A DNA stretch of 45,792 nucleotides from a virus (Duplodnaviria > Caudoviricetes), in IMG/VR virus record IMGVR_UViG_3300037423_000471, positions 1-45,792 of that record, one strand, 5' to 3'. This document shows positions 16,391 to 26,827 of the stretch, piece after piece (the stretch's first letter is position 1; each line of letters starts with the position of its first letter). The notes under the pieces were generated by a model. The model was not told the origin of the DNA, searched no databases, and worked only from the letters and a program-made list of their open reading frames with translations. A program made the position numbers and the translations under genes.

Positions 16391-19270
16391 TTAGTAGCCT
16401 ATTGCAAACCATTGTAATGTCGTATCGACGGAAATGGTCGTGCTGTAATAAATAGTGAATGAACTTGCGTTTGAACTCTGCACGAATATTTGAACATTAG
16501 CCGAAAGGTTGTCAATCATGACAGCTACACCCGATGTTGGGAAAGTTAAAGGGAAGTTTATAGTTTTCGTCGTTCCGCTCGCGCCCGTTCCCGTTGTTGT
16601 TGCGCCCATCTGAATAATCATTCCGTTAGCTAGTTTCGTATAGCCGGGGTTAGCAAGTGAACTTGTCACGCCAACCAAGCTCGACTTAATCCACGTGCTA
16701 CCGTTCCAGTATTCGAGGTCTGTACCGTTTAGCCGCGTTTGCCCCATTGTCGTACCGTTCCACGAAAATCCACTAGTTGCGGAAACGCTAGCACTAGAAG
16801 CTATTGCCCCAGAAGACAAGCTGGCAACAGTAAGACCGCCGCTTCCGTCACGTTGTGCAATCGTGTTAGCTGTTGCTGCCGTGGCTGGCACCAAGCCGCG
16901 TAAAACGTCAGCGTCTAGTCCACTTCCACTTCCGTCAACCGTCTTAATAAGCCCCAAGAATGCTGCCGCCGCCCCTGTTGCACTTACGATCATATTTAAC
17001 AAAGGGGTTGGGCTGATTAACCCCCGTATTGCAGCCAATCGCGGGAATATATCGCTAATCTGTTTGCTATTCTGCGCCACTACGCTTCCCACGTTTGTCC
17101 AATACTCTCCTGAGACGGTGTTTAAGCCGGAAGTTAGCAAATACTTGTCCAACGCGAGATAGGTCACGGTGTATTCTGCGGTTGAGTCGTAATCAGAAGT
17201 AGCGATATAGGCTCGTTGCGTTCCTTGCGGTCCATATGTTCCACTTCCGCCCGAATCTTTAGACCATTTAGCGTCAATTACGCCATTTCTGTATACTTGA
17301 ACAATCTTTGAATTTCGGTAAGCGAGCGCCCCAAATCCTACATGAGCTATACGGTAAAAACCGCTGTCGTTAACAGGATTCGCCCTCTCCCGAACGATCA
17401 CACCCTCGCCGACTTCGATTTGATTGCCGCCGCTGTGGAGCGTGATTGCTCCCTCTACGTTTACGACTTCCGTCTGCGTTGTGGCGAGTTGGTACGTTAG
17501 TTTGTAAGGGGTAAAGCCCGAAAATAGTTGTGACGTTGGCGTTGTTGTCGTTGTGGTTCCGTTGTTGAGGCTTCCGTCAGGATTTCGCGCGACCCATGCT
17601 TTTGTGCCTGTTCCGTTGTATGGGTTAGCGGAATTGCCCGTTGTCGAATCCCACATTTTCCAGCCGTAAAAATACGCCTGAATCTCCGATGCGCTCGGCG
17701 TGTACGTTTCGCCCCAACCGCTGTCTGTGTCGGGTACATTTACGCCGATAAACTGAGAGCCAGATTGGTAAAGGTAAAAATACTCCTCGGATGTGAAGTC
17801 CGTTCCGGCGTTAACAATCGTTTTTTGCGTCAATACTTTACCATCATATTTAGAAAGGTATCCCGTACCGTTGCTATTAGAGCCTACCGAATAGTTTGTT
17901 GGCGCGGTAATATACACACGCTTAGACCCTGTGTTATCGGCTCCAAATGTCCACGTTAACGAACCATCCAACGTCAATTCCCGATACCGCTTCAACTTGT
18001 ACCAGAAGCCATCCCGCCAATAAAGCGCATCCCGCACCGTACCGTCTACGTTAGAGGCGAGTTTGAGCGGCTGTCCTGCGCTGTCGGTTACGCCGTAGAG
18101 GTAGTCGTTGTTCTGCGGCTCGAACGTTTCAGCCGTGGAGCCGAGGTTCAACATGGGATTGGTGAAGGTGAAAGTGCCTGATGTTGTTGTGTCTAAATAT
18201 ACGTTCAATCTTTTGGTGTTTGCACTTGTTGTAAATGTTACCGACCCCGTACTACTTAAAACATTCGTTATACCTAATGAAGTGCCGTTTGCATCACATT
18301 CAGTTATAACCATCCTGCATGAAGAAGAACTTGCTGTCATTGACATGGTATAAGCAGTAGATGGAACGCATTGAAGGACACCGTTAAGGGTGTTTTGCAG
18401 GAATCCCGATGATGGTGAAAACGTCAACTTATACGGTTCCGTAACGGTTGCGTTAGCGTGTAGCGTCCACTCGCTAAACGGCGGCAACAGGTTCTTGCCG
18501 TACTTCGTGATTGCCGGATACGTCACGTGCTGAACGCTATCAACGTAAGGCCACACATCGTCAATCGATGGGCGAGACGTAGCCGTGTACGTTGTGCCGA
18601 TTGCGGTGTAGTCGGTGGCGCTGACTTCGTATAGGCGAATGCCGTCCATGTAGGCTGACATAGAACCTATACCGCCGCACCCGACCAACAATCTAAAACC
18701 ATCCGTTGTCACGGTGTTAGAAGTCGGGATTTTCACATAAACAAGTTGCCAACTACCGATTGCGGATGTATTGGAACTTACGCTATACCGCGCGGTAACC
18801 AAGTTTCCAATGTCGTAAATTTGGAACATGGGCGCCTGTCCCGATGTATAGGATTCAATGTACACCCATCCCGCTAGAATATATTGTTTTGTCGTATCCA
18901 ATTTATAGTTGTAATCCCTATATACATAACTTGGGAGTGAGCCTGTCGGATTAGGCTTAAACGATGATGAACCATGTTTCGCTTGCGTTGCGGATACTGT
19001 TACTGTACCGCCGCCCGATTGCGTCCACCCCGTTAAACTCTCGCAATTACCGTCCTTTCCCAGTATGTTAACCAACGTGCGCCCGTACAATGTCGGGTTG
19101 AGTGGCGAAGTCTGTCCAACGGTTAAAGCCTGTAGCCCATGGACGAGAGTGGTTGTAGTCGATGCCGCTTCATTGTTCGCATTCGCTATTCCGGTTTCTA
19201 TGGTGTTTAAGTCTGTGGACGAAACACCGTCCGCGCTTGTCCAAGTTGATTTTGCTTTTGTATATGCCAC
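16391..19270 (-). CDS. Tail fibre / receptor-binding protein, 959 aa
   Basis: CBM-like beta modules, GSGSGLDAD motif, C-terminal GYTKLANGMIIQMG (gp53-like) domain. Confidence 0.85.
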   Translation of the reverse strand: MAYTKAKSTWTSADGVSSTDLNTIETGIANANNEAASTTTTLVHGLQALTVGQTSPLNPTLYGRTLVNILGKDGNCESLTGWTQSGGGTVTVSATQAKHGSSSFKPNPTGSLPSYVYRDYNYKLDTTKQYILAGWVYIESYTSGQAPMFQIYDIGNLVTARYSVSSNTSAIGSWQLVYVKIPTSNTVTTDGFRLLVGCGGIGSMSAYMDGIRLYEVSATDYTAIGTTYTATSRPSIDDVWPYVDSVQHVTYPAITKYGKNLLPPFSEWTLHANATVTEPYKLTFSPSSGFLQNTLNGVLQCVPSTAYTMSMTASSSSCRMVITECDANGTSLGITNVLSSTGSVTFTTSANTKRLNVYLDTTTSGTFTFTNPMLNLGSTAETFEPQNNDYLYGVTDSAGQPLKLASNVDGTVRDALYWRDGFWYKLKRYRELTLDGSLTWTFGADNTGSKRVYITAPTNYSVGSNSNGTGYLSKYDGKVLTQKTIVNAGTDFTSEEYFYLYQSGSQFIGVNVPDTDSGWGETYTPSASEIQAYFYGWKMWDSTTGNSANPYNGTGTKAWVARNPDGSLNNGTTTTTTPTSQLFSGFTPYKLTYQLATTQTEVVNVEGAITLHSGGNQIEVGEGVIVRERANPVNDSGFYRIAHVGFGALAYRNSKIVQVYRNGVIDAKWSKDSGGSGTYGPQGTQRAYIATSDYDSTAEYTVTYLALDKYLLTSGLNTVSGEYWTNVGSVVAQNSKQISDIFPRLAAIRGLISPTPLLNMIVSATGAAAAFLGLIKTVDGSGSGLDADVLRGLVPATAATANTIAQRDGSGGLTVASLSSGAIASSASVSATSGFSWNGTTMGQTRLNGTDLEYWNGSTWIKSSLVGVTSSLANPGYTKLANGMIIQMGATTTGTGASGTTKTINFPLTFPTSGVAVMIDNLSANVQIFVQSSNASSFTIYYSTTISVDTTLQWFAIGY

Positions 19271-19282
19271 ATTGTCACCCCT

Positions 19283-21514
19283 TTACACTTTCAAGCCTTT
19301 TATCTTAGCGGATAAAGCCCCATCCCATCGTGTTTCCTGCCTAACAATGTAATAATCATCGGTTGTTCCGAGGTCAAAGCCGGGAGCTGTTATTTTGTCG
19401 CCCAGTTGAAGCGATACATGCCCGCGCGTGTCCATTTCAATATCGTTTCGTGGGTCTTTGTATGCGTCTAGGATGGAGTCAGAAATTGATTGCGCTCGAT
19501 CTAACGTCTGTATAAAGTCATGCGAAATGCTCTTAGTGACTTTGCCGTTTTCGTTTATGCTCGTGGTGTCCTGAGCAACCGCAACAGAGCCGCCGCTAAT
19601 CTCTAACTTTTGTCCGTCTATGGATACACTTGTAACCGTTCCAGAGCCGATATAAGACACGACAACGCCCCAAGCATAGACAGTGTAGGACGCAACGGTT
19701 ACGCCGCTAGAAACGACTATAGGAGGCTGTACGTTCACGCATGGAACAAAGTTAAATGTATACGCCTGAGTAGTCGAACCGCTGACCGTCAACGTGTCCG
19801 AACTTTGGTAAATAGTTTCCGGTGTTGGGTTGATTGACCGGCTATTAACCTTTGTCTCCACATAGTTCACAAATTGGCCCGCTGCAAAAGGGTAGTCGCT
19901 GCTGAATATGGTTTCATCGTCTTTGAACTCAAATAGAGCCGCGTCCGTTGTTCGCTGTGCTTCGAGTATGAGTTTCCCTGTGCGGTCACAATAAAGCCTA
20001 GCCAAGCCAGCCTCCGCAATTTGTGAGAGTGCTTCCCGATGCGATACCCTGTCAAACCACATATAAGGCACCGTAACGGACGATAGAGCCGGATCAATAT
20101 AAAACTCCCTTGTCAGTAGTCCCGCGTCTAAAAACACGATTTCCGCAATGTCATACAGTGAATAGTTCTCATACACTTCCGACACCGTAAAATCACGCTG
20201 TTTCAACGTTTCGAGACGGTCACGAGCCGTTACCTCTGCGGATATATCGTTAGTGGGTGCTTTCCATTCTGTGGTGAAGAACACTCCGAGCGGATACCAC
20301 GTAATAGTGCCGTCACCGTTCAAGTCTGCACCTAGATATGGTTTAACCCTCCGATTTTTCTTCATCTGCCCGTATAACGGTGAATCCGTGTTCCTTGGGT
20401 CAAAGTGTCGGTCAATGTTATCTAGGCGAATGTCGATTTCATTTGACGATACATTCCCGATTGGCAGCGTCATGTCGTCGTATACCTGTTCTTCGAGCAA
20501 GGTTAAGTCGATGAGTGTTTCCGAATCGTAAGTCTCCGAAACCCCCGTATAACACTCCAATATTTTCGGGACAGTATTAGCCTTGTTTATCTTGCTGATG
20601 GTGAGTGTCATCTTAACAATGCTGCCTACATCGGCAATATCCTTCTCCCATGAAACAAGCGTGTTGCCTGTCACCGTTTCGGTATAAACCACCGTGTCAG
20701 CCGCGTTATAAAGTTTGATAACAAAATCGACCGGATACTCGTTCAGGATGTTATCACCCGTAACCTTTAGCGTGTAAACGGGTCTAGCGATAAAAGTCAT
20801 GGTGATAACGGGCGCGGGAGTGGTTACTTTTTGGTCAAAAGTTGTAGCGACAGAACTAACTTCCAATTGAGGGTTAATGAACGTGAATGTTCCAACCGCC
20901 CCTGCTCCATTGAAGAAATCAATATACAAAAGGGTGGTCGTTGAATCGGTTGTGAATGTTGCTGAGCCTGTGAAGTTTCCATCTTTGTTCAGAAACCTAG
21001 TTCCGAATAAGTTGTCCTTATTTACAGCAACACTTCCGTTTCCGGTGAAACTAATTGTATATGTTGTATTCGGTAGTGCTGGAACAGTAACCGTACTGTC
21101 CTTATATCCGCTAGTTGTTGTTGTTAACGTCAGTTTGTAATCATTTGTAGCGTCAATTGCCGCATTTGCATGAATTGCCCAATCGGCGAAATGCGGCAAC
21201 AAATTTTTAGATTTAGATGGATCAAGGTTCCCACTATTACTCGAAAGATGCGACCCCCACCACCCACACTCAGCCTCCGAGGTTGTCCCCGGCAACGGGT
21301 GAAAGGTTCCATCGAGTTTGTTGTTGTGAAGGGAGAAGTATTTGTAATCAGGTGCATTTATTTCATCTGCTAATTGTGCGGTATATGTAAAACGCCCCGT
21401 CTCCGAGGCGCTTAGTGTTAGGGATGTATCGACGGTTGGATCATTGTATGAGATTTCAACCTTGGCGAAGACTTGCCGCGTGTCCGAACGCATTAGAGTA
21501 TTTATATCAGTCAT
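19283..21514 (-). CDS. Baseplate hub/Tal-like protein with inserted CBM-like module
   Basis: Position after Dit; IGNVSS.EI.I.LDN, YPLGVF, C-terminal RGHVSLQLGD. Confidence 0.75.
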   Translation of the reverse strand: MTDINTLMRSDTRQVFAKVEISYNDPTVDTSLTLSASETGRFTYTAQLADEINAPDYKYFSLHNNKLDGTFHPLPGTTSEAECGWWGSHLSSNSGNLDPSKSKNLLPHFADWAIHANAAIDATNDYKLTLTTTTSGYKDSTVTVPALPNTTYTISFTGNGSVAVNKDNLFGTRFLNKDGNFTGSATFTTDSTTTLLYIDFFNGAGAVGTFTFINPQLEVSSVATTFDQKVTTPAPVITMTFIARPVYTLKVTGDNILNEYPVDFVIKLYNAADTVVYTETVTGNTLVSWEKDIADVGSIVKMTLTISKINKANTVPKILECYTGVSETYDSETLIDLTLLEEQVYDDMTLPIGNVSSNEIDIRLDNIDRHFDPRNTDSPLYGQMKKNRRVKPYLGADLNGDGTITWYPLGVFFTTEWKAPTNDISAEVTARDRLETLKQRDFTVSEVYENYSLYDIAEIVFLDAGLLTREFYIDPALSSVTVPYMWFDRVSHREALSQIAEAGLARLYCDRTGKLILEAQRTTDAALFEFKDDETIFSSDYPFAAGQFVNYVETKVNSRSINPTPETIYQSSDTLTVSGSTTQAYTFNFVPCVNVQPPIVVSSGVTVASYTVYAWGVVVSYIGSGTVTSVSIDGQKLEISGGSVAVAQDTTSINENGKVTKSISHDFIQTLDRAQSISDSILDAYKDPRNDIEMDTRGHVSLQLGDKITAPGFDLGTTDDYYIVRQETRWDGALSAKIKGLKV

Positions 21515-21528
21515 CTATATGCGCCCCC

Positions 21529-21873
21529 TTATTGCTCGATTAGCGAGAATGAAACGTCCGTGAGTTGCCATGTGTCAGCCCGTAACAGTTCGTAAGGAAT
21601 TGCGCCGGGGTACACGGTAGCGGTCTTACTTACCCCGTTCTCCTGAAAGCCAAGTGTGAAAAAGAATGTCGTGTCGCTTATGATGATGTTCGTTATGGTC
21701 GCAAGTTCCGTAGCTGTCATGGATGCATACTCGAAATTAAACTTTCGTTTCCATGCGATAATCTCAGCGGTCATTTTACCAGAAGCAACCCGCCCCGATT
21801 TAGTTAGCGGATAGCGTTCAACGTTGAATTTTGTGGGGGTTTTTATGGTAGTCCCGTTTATGGTTAGATTCAT
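21529..21873 (-). CDS. Distal tail (Dit-like) protein
   Basis: SGRVASGKM...KRKF...SFSLIEQ; follows tape measure. Confidence 0.7.
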   Translation of the reverse strand: MNLTINGTTIKTPTKFNVERYPLTKSGRVASGKMTAEIIAWKRKFNFEYASMTATELATITNIIISDTTFFFTLGFQENGVSKTATVYPGAIPYELLRADTWQLTDVSFSLIEQ

Positions 21874-24692
21874 CGGTTAGCCCCCCTTTGATCTTCATTA
21901 ACTCGGATAATCTTCAATTGCCGCTCTAGAGCCTTGAGAGAAGCCGTATCGACTACGCCGATGTATACCTCTCTGCCACCGCTAGAACCGCCCATAGAAC
22001 CCCCTAGACGGTCAGCAACGGCAGCAGCGAATGGAGCCATAGCTGCGTCATTCTCTAGCGGAATGATAGCCTCGCGTTTGTTGCCTTCGCCCGCTCTAAT
22101 GATGCTATCTCGCCCGATGATGCCGCCGCCAGCAAAGCCCGATACATTGTCTAATGCTTCTCTGACTCTTTCCGGTGAATTGCGTCTAGAAAGGATCGTT
22201 TGAAGTACTTTGCTAAGTTCATTTTTTATAACCGATTCAGCCGCGCCTTTAGCTGACATGCTTGACACCATGGACGCTAATTTGCTAGTTAAATTTGCTG
22301 CGCCCATTTCGGCAGCACCCGCCGCCGCACCTATTCCAGCACCGGGGACAAGGTAATCTTGTGCAAATTCGCTCAATGGCTTTGTGACATTAGCTAGAAC
22401 GTCTAATGCTTGATAAATCTCACCGACAACAGGCAACTCACGAGCCTTTGTCTCTGCTGATTTCTCCCATGTAGGGCCGACCATAGGAGTCTGCTCCCAA
22501 ACAGGGCCAACGTCTCCATAATCGGTTATAGTTGATGTGTTCGGCAGTTTCTCACCGCTTAGCAGTTTCGCCTCTTTAAGTTTGCTTATGAGCTTATTCA
22601 GCTTAGGAATAGCCTTGTCTACCCATTTAGCGATAGAGTCATAAATACTCGAAAAAGAGGTTTCCGTTGATTCTGCCGTGTTCGCTTGCTCCGTTTGTAG
22701 TTGCCATAAGCTTTGAACCATGAGAAACAATCCCCATGAGATATAAGGTTGATAAGCGTTAACGGCAACTTGCATGGCATCAAGCATGGCGGCAAAACCT
22801 GTGCTAGTCTCAACCGAAACAGGGACGATATTAGCCATATCCAAAGCGATTAAAACAAGCCCCCACGAGATATATGGTTGGTAGGCATTAACCGCAACTT
22901 GCATATTATTTAGCATGGTTGTCCATGCCGATTCCGTTGTTTCTCCCTGTGCCGTTAGTTCTTGGAGTTTAACCTTTATTTCTTGTATGCCTTCCATGAT
23001 TGAAGGCTTTACTTCTGCCACCTTAGCGGACATACTAACCCACATTGTAGCCCACGAAATAGCCGTTGAGATTGTAGGAAACGCAAGAGCGAGAGAAACT
23101 TTCCCTAATTCCGTCACGATTAGCGGTATGTTCTCGGAGTTTGCCGCCGTTACCGCTTCTAACATAGCTCCCCATGCAGGAGATACAGCGTTTACTGCTG
23201 CTACAACACCGTTCACCCCTGTAGTAACACCACTGGCCCCACCATCGGCAGGATCGGGAGGATTTATTTTAGGGAAGTCAATTGCCGGAGGTATCTTTTT
23301 AAGTTCGTCTAAAAACTTATCGATCCAACTTTTTCCCTGTTGTTGTGGGTACTCAAATACTTGGTCTGGGTTCGGCTGTGGTGTCGTAGGTGTGCTAGGC
23401 GTTGTTGTCGGAAGTTTCGAGTCGATAGCGTCCAAGGTGTCCGGCACCTGATACACTTCATCGAATGCGGCTATGAACTTTTGAACGTTTTTCCCCGCGC
23501 TCTTTGACTCTGCTCCGATGCCACCCACAGAATCGATAATGTCCTGATATGCTTTGTCTAGGTCTGTTGTTGCCCCTGTTGCTGATTCTGCTCCAACTGT
23601 GCTAACGCCCAATAGTGACTTGATTGAATTTTTAAGGTCATCTATCCGCGCTCTCGTGTGTTCCGCACCTTTGCCGATGCCTATAAACGAATTGAGCAAG
23701 GCGAGGACTACGTTAACAAACGGGAGGATAATTTGCCCCGCTCTTGCAAGTGTTCCGAAAAAGTCCATAACAAACTTAGTAGCCAGTTTGAAGAAAGTCC
23801 ACACTTGCGGGCCAACAGCAATAACGTAGGATAGGAAGTCTTTGAACTCCTGAGACTTACCTAGATTCTGTGTCCACTGTAGGAATGCTTGGGAGATTCC
23901 CTTTAGCCCGCCTTGCATAGCATCTGAAAGCGGCTGAAAGGCGACTAGGAGGTTTAGAAACCCTTGAAATACATTTATAGCCACATCACCGAATGACGTT
24001 ATAGCGGGGCCGACAGACGTTTCCAGCCATTGAAAAAACCGTTGAAAGTCCGCGTTCTTCATAGCGTCATTCATTTTATTAAATACGCCTAGAATTGCCG
24101 TTCCTGCGTTCTTGATCGTTGGCCCTAAGTTTTCAAGGAAGTACTGCAACCCCTCTAATGCTGCGGCGAAAGTTAATATAACAGGGGCTTGGAATGAATT
24201 GCTGAACCCATCCCAAAAACTGCGGAACTTTTGCAGAGAAGCAAGAGCAACCAATTGCCCCTCGTTAAGCCCCATGTACGCTTGCTGTAGGTTCTCTAGT
24301 GCGGTTTGTTGCTCGTCAGCGGTTAATGCCTTAGCGTAGTCTTGTTGCGCCTTCTCGATCTTTTTCTGAGCGTCAAACACATCATTTAGAACCGCAACAG
24401 CTACCGCACCAAATCCGATTGTTCCAGCCGTAGCCGTACCGAGCGCGGAAGCTAATCCAGCAGCCGCTCCTGCCGCTGACTCTAGCCCCGCTGCCGCTAA
24501 TGGAGCCGCTATAGAGATGCCTAACACTATTTCCCTGAGATAGCGCAAATCTCTAAACGAACGCTTGTTAACATTTATGTTTATAGTGTGTTCATCGGGA
24601 AGGCTTGCAATCTCTCTCTTTGCCTGTTTTACACCGCGTTTTAAGTCGCCAGTGTCCGCTCCGATCTTAACTAATAAATCCCCAACTTTCAC
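21870..24692 (-). CDS. Tape measure protein, 940 aa
   Basis: VGDLLVKIGADT start, Ala/Gly-rich helical repeats, FAGGGII...AGEG..EAIIPL C-terminus. Confidence 0.9.
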   Translation of the reverse strand: MKVGDLLVKIGADTGDLKRGVKQAKREIASLPDEHTININVNKRSFRDLRYLREIVLGISIAAPLAAAGLESAAGAAAGLASALGTATAGTIGFGAVAVAVLNDVFDAQKKIEKAQQDYAKALTADEQQTALENLQQAYMGLNEGQLVALASLQKFRSFWDGFSNSFQAPVILTFAAALEGLQYFLENLGPTIKNAGTAILGVFNKMNDAMKNADFQRFFQWLETSVGPAITSFGDVAINVFQGFLNLLVAFQPLSDAMQGGLKGISQAFLQWTQNLGKSQEFKDFLSYVIAVGPQVWTFFKLATKFVMDFFGTLARAGQIILPFVNVVLALLNSFIGIGKGAEHTRARIDDLKNSIKSLLGVSTVGAESATGATTDLDKAYQDIIDSVGGIGAESKSAGKNVQKFIAAFDEVYQVPDTLDAIDSKLPTTTPSTPTTPQPNPDQVFEYPQQQGKSWIDKFLDELKKIPPAIDFPKINPPDPADGGASGVTTGVNGVVAAVNAVSPAWGAMLEAVTAANSENIPLIVTELGKVSLALAFPTISTAISWATMWVSMSAKVAEVKPSIMEGIQEIKVKLQELTAQGETTESAWTTMLNNMQVAVNAYQPYISWGLVLIALDMANIVPVSVETSTGFAAMLDAMQVAVNAYQPYISWGLFLMVQSLWQLQTEQANTAESTETSFSSIYDSIAKWVDKAIPKLNKLISKLKEAKLLSGEKLPNTSTITDYGDVGPVWEQTPMVGPTWEKSAETKARELPVVGEIYQALDVLANVTKPLSEFAQDYLVPGAGIGAAAGAAEMGAANLTSKLASMVSSMSAKGAAESVIKNELSKVLQTILSRRNSPERVREALDNVSGFAGGGIIGRDSIIRAGEGNKREAIIPLENDAAMAPFAAAVADRLGGSMGGSSGGREVYIGVVDTASLKALERQLKIIRVNEDQRGANR

Positions 24693-24716
24693 CCCTAACT
24701 CACCCCCTAAAAAAGC

Positions 24717-25090
24717 TTAAAACTTAACATCAAGCCCTTTATCGAGGGCGAGTTTTCTAAGTGCTTCTTTATTGTCCAAATCAATCTTGTTTTGTTTCTG
24801 CTTCTTTTCCCGAACCTTTGAAGGTGGTTCGCCTATCAACTCGGACACCTTTTTGATCTTCTTTTTGCTGTTCGCGTTGTGGACGAATGTCCCGATATAT
24901 GCAGCCCTAGCCCAATTATCATAATCCTCGTTTTCCCTGTGGATTGCGGCTTGTTCTAGGGCATATTCAACTTCGGTTAAAGTCATATCAAGCCATGTGT
25001 CAGGCTGCCAGCCAAACGCAATAGACAGGTTTATTGCAACTTGGGGATACCAGTTCGGAGCAAAGATAAAGCAGGAATTAAAATTTTTTT
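24717..25090 (-). CDS. Tail assembly chaperone -1 frameshift extension (gpGT-like)
   Basis: -1 frame from the A8 run is open (NFNSCFIFAPNWYPQVAINLSIAFGWQPDTWLD) into ORF 24717..24986. Confidence 0.7.
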
Positions 25091-25375
25091 TAACCCAGAA
25101 AAATTAACCTCGATGAACGCTTTGACTAGTTCCTCGATTTCTGACGGATAAGCGTCCTCAATGTCTTCTGCCGATACTTCGGGGAAGAACTCGGACACCT
25201 TTTCCGCAAACAGCGGGATAAGGTCGGTTACTTGCTTATCCTGTAGCGAACCCTTAATGTCCAGCCCTTCCAACGTGTTGAACACTTTAGGAAGAATATC
25301 GTTCTTTATTTCACTTACACGACTTTCTTTAACCGTTACTTTTTTTCCGTTGATCGTTACCGTTTTAGTTCTCAT
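25031..25375 (-). CDS. Tail assembly chaperone (gpG-like)
   Basis: Position between tube and TMP; slippery A AAA AAA at 25084-25091. Confidence 0.8.
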   Translation of the reverse strand: MRTKTVTINGKKVTVKESRVSEIKNDILPKVFNTLEGLDIKGSLQDKQVTDLIPLFAEKVSEFFPEVSAEDIEDAYPSEIEELVKAFIEVNFSGLKKILIPALSLLRTGIPKLQ

Positions 25376-25377
25376 CG

Positions 25378-25995
25378 TTACCCCGCCCTATAATATAGTT
25401 GTCCTGTTCCTTGGAAATCACAGTTATCATGTACCAAGTCATCGTTCGGCACATCTACGCTATTCGTATTAATGATTGCATACCCTTCATAGCGGTTTTT
25501 GTTGCTCGTATTGTCCGTATAAAGCACGATGACAAGAAGCTCGTTAGCCAAATCGGAAAGCCTAACGTCTGTCCCACCTTGCCAGTATGATTCAAAAGAG
25601 CCGCTAAAGCCGTTATATGATGGAGTGTATTCCTTATAGCCGTTACTATTGAAGTTCGTGCACTCCACGAGTTCGGATTCAACGTCAACCGACCAATTAT
25701 AGCCGCCACCGATAGCCGTTACAGGAAAACTTTTGCCCGTTACGGTTACAACGGATGCGCCTTGGGAAGCGGTAAAAACAACATTTCCACCCGCGTATTC
25801 AATCGTAAATCCGCTAGTGACCGTCGAACCATCCACCTTAACCGTTACCGCTGCCGATGTATCCCAATAGGCTTTTGTTGCGTCTGTGATTTTATATCGC
25901 TTGTTGTCGCCTGTGTTTGTCATAGCCGCATTGGTGAACGTTGTAGACGTACCGGAAGCCTTGTATATTGCCCCTATTGCGCCGCTGATTGCCAT
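25378..25995 (-). CDS. Second tail tube paralogue with ~80-aa inserted domain
   Basis: NWSVDVE...TNF..GYKEY...FSGSFE aligns with 26057..26443. Confidence 0.75.
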   Translation of the reverse strand: MAISGAIGAIYKASGTSTTFTNAAMTNTGDNKRYKITDATKAYWDTSAAVTVKVDGSTVTSGFTIEYAGGNVVFTASQGASVVTVTGKSFPVTAIGGGYNWSVDVESELVECTNFNSNGYKEYTPSYNGFSGSFESYWQGGTDVRLSDLANELLVIVLYTDNTSNKNRYEGYAIINTNSVDVPNDDLVHDNCDFQGTGQLYYRAG

Positions 25996-26028
25996 TATGA
26001 CAAGCCCCCTTAATAAGTGTTATAAACG

Positions 26029-26052
26029 AAAAAAGGGAGCATAAGCCCCCTA
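26029..26052 (-). terminator. Terminator/attenuator between the tail tube genes
   Basis: AGGGGGC-ttat-GCTCCCTTTTTT. Confidence 0.7.
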
Positions 26053-26056
26053 GTTT

Positions 26057-26443
26057 TTAGGTGTAAGTGAGTGCTGCGGTTCCTTGGTAGTCGAACGATA
26101 CAGTGATAACGTCATCTACCGGAGTGCTGACGCTTTCCGTGGAAATGAAAGCCGATCCAGCATAGTTATTTGTTCCGTTTACATCAAGAACGATAGAAAC
26201 GGTTGTGCCACCAAGAAGCGCATCTTGCAACGCTTTTTGTCCGGTTGTGTCCGTCGAAACTTTCCATTCAGCCTCGAAAGAACCGCTCCAACCCTTCAAG
26301 CCCGCAATATACGTTTTCCAGCCGGAAGTATCGAAGTTGGTTGTTTCGAGCATATCTGCCTCAATGTCGATAGACCAATTTGTAACCTCTGCAACGGTTA
26401 CGGCTCCGATTTTTACCTTGCCGCCTTTTCCTGCAATAGCCAT
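26057..26443 (-). CDS. Major tail tube protein
   Basis: NWSIDIEADMLETTNFDTSGWKTYIAGLKGWSGSFE...QGTAALT. Confidence 0.85.
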   Translation of the reverse strand: MAIAGKGGKVKIGAVTVAEVTNWSIDIEADMLETTNFDTSGWKTYIAGLKGWSGSFEAEWKVSTDTTGQKALQDALLGGTTVSIVLDVNGTNNYAGSAFISTESVSTPVDDVITVSFDYQGTAALTYT

Positions 26444-26458
26444 CTTTTACCCTCTCCC

Positions 26459-26827
26459 CTATCGCTGTAATTTAGTTTCAAAGTTGACGGTTAACTCGGT
26501 ACGGTTTTTAGCATCCTTACCGAGCGGCATAACATCCCCCATTTGAAAGATGCTAATGTACCTCACCGAATTAATAGTCTGTTCGGTCAATCCGTCTAAA
26601 GCAGCTTTAACCGCGTCAGCCTTGTCATAGGCTGTTGCGGCTACTTTGTTACGGATACGAACTTGGAATGTCGGCTGCTCGTATTTGCTATCAAATGAGT
26701 GAGAAGGGGGGAAACCACCCGTTGCATACACGCACAGGCAATTATCGGGAGTGTCGCCCATTTCACCAACAAAGATAGTTGATTCAATGCCCGTTAGGAG
26801 TGATTTCATATCGTTGATAAGTGCCAT
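26459..26827 (-). CDS. Tail terminator protein
   Basis: YATGG..P, PTFQVRIR, LGKDAKNR.E.TVNF; synteny. Confidence 0.75.
   Translation of the reverse strand: MALINDMKSLLTGIESTIFVGEMGDTPDNCLCVYATGGFPPSHSFDSKYEQPTFQVRIRNKVAATAYDKADAVKAALDGLTEQTINSVRYISIFQMGDVMPLGKDAKNRTELTVNFETKLQR

Noticed and set aside
16391-19270. Diversity-generating retroelement or invertible fibre tip
   Set aside because: No reverse transcriptase or invertase, and I saw no TR/VR duplicate of the fibre 3' end.
22732-22904. Duplicated MQVAVNAYQPYISWGL in tape measure
   Set aside because: Ordinary 43-aa internal TMP repeat with synonymous divergence.
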